Assembly (NCBI GenBank): GCA_002633005.1
Contig: NMRA01000376.1
Location: forward strand, 155,564-219,563
Length of the DNA: 64,000 nt
Reading direction: 5' to 3'
From: Phoronis australis
Lineage: Eukaryota; Animalia; Phoronida
The notes under the pieces were generated by a model. It worked only from the letters and a program-made list of their open reading frames with translations, had not been told where the DNA came from and searched no databases. The translations under genes and the position numbers were made by a program. This document shows, one piece after another, positions 12,247 to 23,300 of this stretch. How positions within the stretch are numbered: the first letter of the stretch is position 1; each line of letters opens with the position of its first letter.

Positions 12247-15200
12247 GTGAGTGAGTGGATGGCGGGTGTGCGGGTAAGCTAATGTGTTTTCATACACATA
12301 TGTATTTTTAATACGATTACAATATCGCCATTTTATCGTCATTGTTAAAGATGAGATTCCAAGTTCTGTAATGACTAGGACACGTGACAATTCCAATGCA
12401 TTATTTTTCTACAGCTATTAAACAGGAAATCCGTCGTTTTCAGTGTTTTTATTCCTAAAATGCAAATTGTCATATATCTTAAAGACACATTCAGTCATAT
12501 TTCGTTGCTGCACACCTTGACCTTCTTAGCTACATGTTATGCGTGAAGTAGCGTTCTGACCCCCAATAACTGCCTCCTAGTATCGTGTTCCTACATGAAA
12601 GTAGCATAACTAACTTTGTATATATTGCTCTAACAGAATTTGTGCATCTGTAACAAAACATTTCAGGTGCTAGATATTTTGTGCCTATTTTCACCGGGCT
12701 GCTCTCCTGTGCTTTTGTTGGCCGGTACATAGCTGTTGTATTCGGCGGTATCCTATGCCTTTCTGGTAAGTTTACGCTATTTGCTTTGCTAACGATGTTT
12801 ACCTCTAGAACAACTTGCCCTACAGCAACTTGACCGCGTTTAATCTACAGTTCACACTATGCAAACTACAATATGCCACAAATATGACGCAACAATGATT
12901 AGACAAACGTGATATGAATGTAACTGAGCAAGCGCACAGTAGGTAGATACTTCCGCCTTGTCTGCAAGTTTGCATCCACACGACGTGCACTGGATCAAGT
13001 TACCCCAGAAAAGGATAATCTACCTCAATAAGGCGGGGTACGTTGCCACACGTGTATAAAGTTTCCTCAACGCCAGTAACGTCCTCACTAATGCTAAACC
13101 TGGAGACAACTCGTTCCAGCAGCAACTTGTTCTAGGTTGAACTCGTAGTATGGACGGTAGGGTGAACCGTACCTTAACAAATCCCTGTCTTACTGCCTTT
13201 TTGTGTGTTAGTAATGTGAAAATGTTTCTATGTACATTTTGACAAAATTAAACATGTCTTACCTAATCATCTCATATTAACTTGTTTTGCTCTGTGTTTG
13301 AAAGCTTACACTTCTGAAGGTCTCAGTCAGTGACGCTACGATTGATGTTTTTCAAAAGAACATCTTCTGTCACTAAATGTTGGGACATTTTGTTCATGAA
13401 TATTGTGATTGCTTGTGACCAGTAATATATTTGTGCCAATTCGGATGTTTAGTGATGAAGTGTCATGGTAGTAGGTGGCGCAGTTTGTACCCGGAAATAA
13501 GAATAGACATGCCGTCACACTGGGTCTAAAACGTCATAATTGATTTCAGACATCGTTATGAGAAAAATATATGTTTACCTCATAGAGTCAGCAGAGTGGT
13601 ATTCTGAAACATGGAACGAAATTCTAATGATGATTATTTTGTATTCGTGACTATTTGGCAAAACATGTTAGAAATACAATTACGTACATGTAAATAATAA
13701 GTTTCGTACACGTTGCTAACTGATTTTAAGAACGAGTTTGTGGCGAAAACTATCGCCGTAAATCCCCGACTGAGTTTTGCAAGGTCAGGAAAATCGTCGC
13801 GAGATCTCGCTATATATTGCACGCGAATCCCGTGATCTCTCTAAGCTTTCTCTCCCGAGTTTCTTGTGTTACCGTTTCTTTTATTATTCTGCAGGTGTAA
13901 GCTATCTAACGGTAGACTGCCTCCTGTCGCTGACGTCAAACTCGACCAAGCTTTGGATTAGCAACACTAACTTGGATCAGGACAGCTTTTTGGGAAAGCT
14001 TCATGTAGAAACCTTCAGATGGGGAGAGGTATAAAGGGTTGGGCACGGCGGAGGCTTACGTGTTTGTATAGTTAACTGCCGCTATGGGAGATTCACTTTA
14101 CTTGTGAAAAAATAAGTTGCCGTCGGAAATGATTTTATGTATCGGGAAACTCATGGTGATATTTCGTGCGACGTAGTTATTTGTCAATAAAAGATATAGG
14201 CGGTTCACAAAGAGCACAAATACTCGATATTCGAAAGTAGAAAAATGTGAACCCAACTTAATGTTTTTATATACACTCACACTCACATGCATTCAAGCTT
14301 GAAAATAATAGGTAAACAGGATTTGATTTTTACTACTGTTTCAAATATTTGTTTAGGGTTTCCCAAAATGCTGTATTACAGGTTTTCATATTCCTCAAAA
14401 GGACACTATTTCTTATGGTACTACACTTGCAAAGAAATTTAATGCTTTGTAGGTGGTTAACCCGCTAAGCATTTTCTTGGCCTTCGTTGAACCTGACAGT
14501 GATTTCGATTCCTTGACCACACGTCCAATTTTGTCGCGAAGTCAACGAATTTGACAACGCAGTTATTGAAGAAGCCATTTGCTTTCAGAACGTCGGGCTT
14601 TAATTAAAAAAATCTACCGTGCGCCTATATCCGAACTACTGCGTTTTTTAAGAAAAGCATCGCTTCGGTTGTTTCACATTTTGGTGCAGGCGGCTATGTT
14701 TCTCTTACAGGTGCAGACCACTCTCTCTAATAAAGTCTTTAAGAGGCATGGAACGCAAAAATGTTACAATAACTTTTAAACAGATTGGGACGAATCTACT
14801 TCTGGGGGATGCTAACTTGAGAGTTATTCACAATGAATGTTGCAAGAATTTATAGAAAAATAGTTAGATTCAACATTATTGAAAGACAGGCGAAATAAAA
14901 ACTCTTCCATCCCAGTACATTTTTAAAATGCTCCGCCCTAATAATATATTTACGCGCATGCGCTCAAAGAAGTCGGACTGCTTGAAATCTCAATCGTTTT
15001 GTTTACATCGAAGGTCTGAGGACGTCTGAGGTTTCCCAGATTTCAACCAATGTGAATGACTGAATATTGTGACGTCGGTTTCATTACTTTAACCAGTTAG
15101 AAGCCACGTTAAACAACATTCCACTTTAAATAATGCAATTTAGTTTGTTTTCACGTTCTATGCCACTTTAAAATGGGTGCTCTGTGTATTACAGTGTATT

Positions 15201-17305
15201 TTTATGCTTGCTTAGTATTTTTCATTAATAATTATTGTTTAAATATACGTCAAAGTCTTACAAACATGTTGTAACAAACGAGTCAAGTGTGACTCACGTG
15301 TTGTATGGTCATTTTGCTCCTTGGCGCATGCGCCTAATTCATGATATATGTGCAGCTTCGCAAGGGCGCATGGATACGCGCTTACACGGTATGAGGGACG
15401 AATTATAATTTGTTGATTGATTAAAAAGTAAAATTTGTGCAACCGCAGACAAATATTTTGTTTAAATTTAATTTCATCGCATGAAATTTATTCTGTTTAA
15501 TAGTACACTGTTGTGATTGCCTTGGTATGCGTTTCCGTCGGAGAATCGTGGATGAAGATGCTACGCCCAATGTTTTTGCATCAGACAACTTTTGGTTCAG
15601 GAAAGGATCCGGTAACAGTTGAGATGGCCTGTGCTGGGTAGGTCACCCATAATGCTTTGAGTCAGTCTTGTAATAGATCTTAGTACATAGTACCCCAACT
15701 CTGTATATTCTCAATGCATGCGATCTATGAACTTGCGCATAAGCTGCGACCAAAAGTATTATAGCAACTGTGGGCCTCTACGTCACAATTCACAATCGGC
15801 GCCTGGTGTGATGCCCCGTTTTACTTCCGCCAAGTACGTCACTAGCTTAGATATGCATTGGAAAGAGAGTGGCTCCTTCTCTGGGAAAATGTCGAAGTTC
15901 CAAATTTGCTATCTAAGGTCTATGGTGTTTCCACGTTACGAAGCGAACCAACAGGAATAAACTATCGTGACCCCGTTTTGGAAATTTGATCCAAAATTGG
16001 CGAACTGGTTGTGATCTATCGAAGCATTATGGCGAGAAATCATGGCTTATGGAACGGATTTCTAAAATTCAACCGTATAACCTCACCATCAACCATTCAC
16101 TTGAGTGGCACCCTAATAAGCTCCCTAGCATACTTACGAAACACTCGCTTTTCGCTCTCGTGATTTTTGTTTTCTCCCAAGGAATTTGCTCTATGGTTGC
16201 TGCACTCAGCGATGGCCTCTAACATGTTATACACGGCAGAGTTATAGACCTAGCGCGAGATGATACAGTAGTAATTTTATGTTCGGCATATGTCCCGTGA
16301 TTAACATAGACCTTGAGTCAGTTCCGTTTGCAGAGACGAGAAGGAAAGTTGAGTTGGCGAAAATGGTAATTTATTATGACAAAAATATATGATCTCTTGA
16401 AAGCTGGGCAGAGAAAAATCTCCACCTAATGAATAAAAATGTATAGGCGGCCTAAAATATTCGTTAGGAGTGAACAGACTTCAAACTGTAAACTGTAAAA
16501 TATGTGACTTTGAAACTACTGAAGAACGATTGGCCGTATTACTGAATTCGTACTTTCATGTGCAGCTAACGTTCATCTCCGAAGGAAAGTTTGAGACTAT
16601 GAAAATACCTGAAATGGTCCGAATCGCAAGATCCATGACGTCAACACAAATAGACTTAAGACAAGTCTACTGTTTTTAGTAAAGTGTATCTCACAATGTG
16701 TCCGTTGTTGCAGCATGTATATTCTGCTAGGCACTGGGGAGGTAGTCGCCTTCGCGCTGGTCACTCACATTGGTCAACTAGCTAACCCCATTTTGTCGCT
16801 GACATGTATTCTTGCGAGTGGTATCGTCTTCTTAGCTGGCGCCGGGATGTACATTAAGAGGCCGGGAAATAAACGTGAGTGTGATAATGTATTTCAAGGT
16901 CTCATCATAATCATTATTTATGCCAAGAGTTCTCTATTCGTTTGTTATTTGCGTTCAGCTTGCTTAGTAGGCCTAATCGTTTCTGGCCGTATTCAAACCC
17001 ATTTTTAGTAATTGTCGTTTACCAATTGGACGATGGACTTCGTCATCCATACAGGTGGAGTAGTTGATGTGAAAAATTGTAATTCGAACTTTAGGAAATC
17101 TCACTGGTAACGTCCGAAGAAAATTATGTTTTTTCCGAAATTTGAATAAGCTATCTAGCCCTGCATCGAACCTATATATGTACTGTGCGTGTATTTCCAT
17201 GCACTTTTTGTAGATACGTACAAGTAAGCATGTGTGTGTGAACGTGTGCGTGTACATACACTGTATGTATGGTACGTTTGCTTGTCAGTATATGCATGCA
17301 TGAGT

Positions 17306-17343
<38 letters not shown>

Positions 17344-20300
17344 GCGTATGTACTTCGTCGTACTGCGGTTAGAACTCACTGGTTAGTTTCATCGTTAGAC
17401 ACACTGAACATGACTACGAATAGTGCATGCTCTATTTGCTTTGACTAGACTATTTTCAAAAATACAGTGTGCATTGCAACGTCTTTCATGGTGTTTCTCT
17501 TGTGTTCGTGAATCCGTCATGTTGGATGAATCACGTAGCAGTCATTCAAATGTCGAAGTATGAAGCAAGGTAGGCACATTGTTATTAATTAACAATACGC
17601 ATTTTGGCAGATGCAGTCTCACCACTGAAAGCGACATAAGAAGCTGCTGAATGACTTGCAGTGAGCAGGGGTGCTCCTTGCAGTGTGCAGTGTGTATCGG
17701 CATGGCCCATGGTCAAATGTAACCCCGGCAGACAGCCTTAAAATACCAACATTTCAGCAACCAATTTACTTTTCGATAAACGATAGTAATAGAGACAGTA
17801 TTGTCTCCGTATTTCATTCCAGGGCACGTGTTGATCGAGGTGGCGAGGCAGCTGGGACAAAAACTTCTGAAGTGCTTTCAAGTCAGTCGAGACAATGTTT
17901 ATCTGAGTGTGAGAAGCCAACTCCATCGCGACGGCGACGAACGCAACAGTGTTGACGAAGGTGCACATACCATAAAGAAAATGGCGTTAATTTTTCCAAT
18001 ACTCGGGATAACTACACTGTACTTCAGTACTTTCTCTCAGGTCAGTAATGTTCTGATACCGACCATTCTTATACCTATTCCTTTATTTTCACCAACTTAG
18101 AACACAAAAATAATCTCGTCTGTCGAGAGATACCACTAAGGAACATTGTGCACATTACAGTCCTGCTTGTATTTGCGTTGTTTTACTGGCAACTCATTTA
18201 ATGTGAAGTTCAATGCTGAGCAACGGTGGCGGCCATTTGTTAGAGCGACAATGGAAATGCATTAGAAAAGTGAGGGGAATATTTAATTCTAGCTATTGCG
18301 AAATCTTTGTTCACGTGATCTGAAAAGGCGTCATTTTGAATAAGTATAAAGTTATTGATTCTCGGTTTTTAACTTAAAAGAGGGGTTTTTTAAATGGTCA
18401 TCAAAAAATTTCTTCTATAATAACTCCGAAACGATTCGTGACTAACATTTATATAGGCGGATTCCGGGGGGCCAGAGGTTACTGGTCCTCCGGAAAAGAC
18501 CTGCCGCACGCCGCATTAGGGCTTATGAGGACATTAGGTCTTACTTACAGCACAATGTCACGTTATTGGTTTTGACAAAAGTGCTATTACATTCGTTTTC
18601 AATACGTCAGTCCTTCTTAAAACTCGAACACTATCGTAGCTTGCTACACATGCGTCACCATTTTCTGAGCAAATGGCGTTCATGCAAATGTACGACTGCA
18701 TCTTAATGACATATTCACGGATTCTTGCAGCTCAATTTTGCGTTTGCTCAACTTCAAGCCAACGTCACCAATACTTCACTTTTCGATGCTGCAATTGCGA
18801 ACATACTTGATGAGGACAAAACTTTTCTAACGCTAATCACGACGCTGGCGACACCTTTTGTTTACTTCGTCGCAATGCCGATCTTTAGGTGGTGCAGAAA
18901 GGAGCCGTCTTTTTACCAGCGAATAGGTATTATGAGCGTAAATGGTCATTTTCACCGTTCTTGTCTAATCTTTTATGTTGTTATTTCTTCAGCTATTGAG
19001 TTAGTCGTTGAATTTTCACTTTTTGGTTTTGTTTTTTTTTAAGTCGCTTTCCCATTAGGAGCGAAGCTCCGCTTTTACCGAAGTTTCGGTAAGTGGGAAA
19101 GGTTAACTCCGGTAATTACTCAGCAAGCAAAACTTCGCTTAAAATAGTAGGAATTTTAAAGCGAAGCTTCGTGGGAGTTATTGGTAGAGGTCGCGGCAAC
19201 GATATACGATCCGCGAGACTCGCAAAACGTGTTCTTTGATACTGTTGCGTAGCCGACGTGCTCTTAATACAAGGACGTAAATAAATGTGATGAAGAACGG
19301 CACTGATCATTTTCATAAACACTTGTAAGTGGCAGGCGAGCAATTTGAAGTTAGCCTCGAATCCACTACTCACTATTCGTTTGAGAGTACGAATGAACTG
19401 TCGTCTGTTGTCATAGCGATAACTTCGATATCGCTGTGTGGTCGGAAAGGTAAGCGAAGTTTCGGCGAAGCTTCGGTAAATCGAAGTTCCACTAATGGGA
19501 AAGCGACCTTAAAAAATTAACCTTCGAATTTTAAATACGATTTTATAGGAAAGCAGCAAATGTTGCAATCATATGCATTCCATTTATCTAGTCATGGGTA
19601 GGTTCACTTTCATGTTGTCACTTGAATTGGAGTTAACGTACTCACGACTACGAAAATAATCATTACTAATTACTACTTTAATAAAAACAACAACCGTGAC
19701 ATGTTTTATAGGAACCGTTCCATGTCTTCGGACGTTTATTCTCAAACAACCAGCTCAGAGCTGTACACAAAGAAATCAGTACAGAGTAACATCATCACTT
19801 GCAAAGATTATTCCTAATAAGGAAGTAAAAGTTGTCTACGTGTCATCTCATTATCATATCGTTGCAGGTTTTGGTGCGTTTGCAGCTTCTCTTTCTTTAA
19901 TTGCTGGCGCCTTGGTTTCAATAATACCCGAAGAAAGCTATTACATTTGTAAACCAATCGTCGAAGTCTTACGGTACTTCTTATGTGGCGTGGGTCACGC
20001 CATCATAGTGGTCTCAGGTAACATTTCCTTAACATGCGATGTGATATCTAGCATATTAGGCATCCCGTAAACAGAATTTGTTAAGTGCATAGTATAATTT
20101 GAGTAGAATTTTATAATTTTGCCGCTTGCGGTATGTCTGACTACAGTGCAATATGTGAAACATCGTCTTCACTTGGTGAAATTTTTCGCCAAGCATGTCG
20201 CTCTGTCATAGTTTTGTGTTACATGTTTCGTACGCTGCAGGGTGTATTTCTGGACCGAGCAACATGAAAGTCAAATACAATGTGTGTCTCGTCAGAAAAT

Positions 20301-23300
20301 CGAGGTCCATAATGTTTCTTGTCGAAATTAGACTCTAGGGCAGCGTCGGTGTGCAGGCTATTTTTCGAATCTTCACTTGGCGAAGCTCAGCTCCGCGGTG
20401 CTCTGAAGGATTCTCTTTGAAATTTGTTAAATAGATAGATCTCGTCAAGGGCTGTCTAGGATGACTTACCTATTTCTCGCTACGACATCACCGTTCTCGA
20501 GTTATGCGAGGTTTTCTGATGACGGCTTTTTATTGATTGATTCCTCCCTGCACTGCGCGTTTAATGGTTTACCATCTGCTATAGGATCATTTTTGTCATC
20601 CTCACCACCATCGTCGTCATCAACATCATCATCATCATCATCACTATATTGAATCGTCGCTATTTACATCATCATCTTCATCTCCATGATCATTTGTCAT
20701 TCAATAACTGACTTTCGAAATAGCTACGCCGTATTGAAATTCACTAACCCGCCAGACGGCGAACAGGTCTTAGTGGACAAGCGTTCAGCATCACCTACAT
20801 GTAGTGAGGACGGGAGGATTCAACCTAGTTGTATAAAATGTGTTTTAACACCTTTCCTGCCATTAATGCCTGCAAACTTCCACTGCTAGTAAAATGATCG
20901 CTAGTAATAATGAATAAGCTTAAGTCACACGGCACCTTTCGCCGTTTGTGGATCGAACGGAAAAAAATAATTTTATAATGGGATCTCGAATTGTGCCCCC
21001 GTTAAACACAATCATTTAATCTCCTTTCGTTTGTGACTGGTTATCCGACAATGCACAGGAGCTGAATTTAGCCGGGTACCAAGCAACGACCTCGATACGA
21101 ATTTTCTAAAATGACGAAGCGCCAGGGCTCGCTAATGAAGGAGTAACGGTAAGCTTTCTGCTTTATCATTTTATCATGTCCGAATTTACAGAAGGTATTG
21201 TAGAGCAATGTGAATTAGATTGCAGGGCGTGACATTTAATTGTTTAATCTACCATAACCCTGCGCCAAAATGAGGATGTTGAATGGAAACCAGTCTCAGA
21301 TTCGACTGCATGGGCTTGGTTATAGTACATCGTCTGCTATGCCGGCCAACACCGTTGTTGTGCAAGACGATATCATCAGAAGTCTCGTTATACGAATTAG
21401 TTTATTGCGTCTAAAAAGTTCAAATATTTTTGTTCTACGTTCGTCACGTCGTGGATAATTGAATTTTAAGACTGTTTTAATTTTCAGACCAGCTGCAGCA
21501 GAAGAGAACAACAATATATGCTTAAATACTAAAACGGTTCACGGTATTTAGGTAGCTCATTTTTCATATTGGAATAAATATGTCATAGAAATGCTGTATA
21601 CGCTATTCCTAGTTTATTGATCTGATGTGGAACGTTTACACAACTTGTTCAATTATATTTAATAACCTTGAAACTAATCACTTGAAATTGCGGTAGAGGA
21701 TGAGGACACTTAACTGCAAACTTTGTTTGTTTCTTGTACTATAAGGTTTGACGAATTATTTTTATTGTACACTGTTCCCATAGGTCAGCGGAGCATATTA
21801 AATATGATTTCTATAATTTTTTTACTTCAGAGCTCGGTACGAAATTATGTGTCCCCTTCCGCACGTTTTATTTCAAAGTTTCGTTTCCACACAAATGAGT
21901 TAAAATGGTGATGATACTTTCTGGACTTCAGAAACAAGTGTAACTGAATAATTTATTTAAGAGATACTATGTATATTATTATAAGTTAAAATCATATTGC
22001 TTAAAATGTTTTTGTTGTGAAGGGGATAATTTCTCTCTGTCAACCAATCAGATTTTTTGACAATGGTCACATGACCAGTAGCCATTCTCAAGTATGACAC
22101 CAGGTGAAAGGTCATGCTGTTTGACACCTGAGAAGCAAGGTACTCAACTGCGTCTACAACTGTGTCTATTTTGTGGCTTCCATAGTCTGTGACATGCAGC
22201 TGGTTTGACATCGCCTGCGTGGTAACATGCCTATGTGCCATGCTCTGCTTTGTTTAAGTTTGCTTATTATATCACCTCAATGATATTTACAAAGCTTTAC
22301 TAGTTTAATTAGGGATTTGTTACTTTGTGAAGTTGCATGAAACAGGCAAATAAATCTGTATTTATCATTGCAATCTGTTCTTTTTCATTCCTAGCAAAAT
22401 ATTCCTGAAGATGCGCCATAATTTCTATCGAGAACTGTGAATCCCTGTTCTGTCGTGTCCGGTTCCTAACACAAGTTTTTTGGAGATAAAAATATGTTAG
22501 AATGATACAAAACTCTTCATACAGAGATCACACTATGACACTTTATTGTCAATTTGTCTTGCGAAGTATACTTCCACAACATGATGCTCGAGTTAAGGTC
22601 TCGTCTATGATGAGTAAACTTGTAGAATGCACCAAACTGCACCCAATTACCTCAAGTATTTCAAATTTTGCCTGGGGAATGTGTCCCAACTCCCCCCCCC
22701 CATGGGAAGATCTCACTTCCCATGCTCGCCTGTGGCGCCGGGTTCCCCATGGGCAGCGACTATTCACCACCACGCTCCTTTCGAAAGCCAGGCAATAGGG
22801 TTATCCCACTTCCCATGATCGCGTGTGGCAACGGGCTTTACATCCCGTTTTGGCCACGCTCCTTTCGGAAACCCAGGAGAAACCCTGATGTTTTAGCAGT
22901 AAAACTACGTTTTCAGTAACGACGCATTGCATCAATGTTTTAGGTAGCCCAAATGATTTAAGTCCAATCAAATTTGGCGTTGTACACGCGAATTTACTCC
23001 ACCAGCAGAGTGCACACCAACTGTGAAATACTGCTTTTACTGTTGAATACGGCCTCTACCGTGGTATACGGATTGGTTCTACTTTCCCGTATTTCACAGT
23101 GATAACGTGAAGTATACAACATCCATATTTTCACACATATGGGACAAAAAGTAATATCCCACTTGATATTGCTTCTCGTATACATTATACACGGAGTAAT
23201 GTCTCGTGGGATATATATAGATTATTACATGGCGAAGTCGTTATCCCCCGTTATCTAGAGCCCGAGTGGATTTTGGAGAATTATCGCCCGAGGGGCGTCA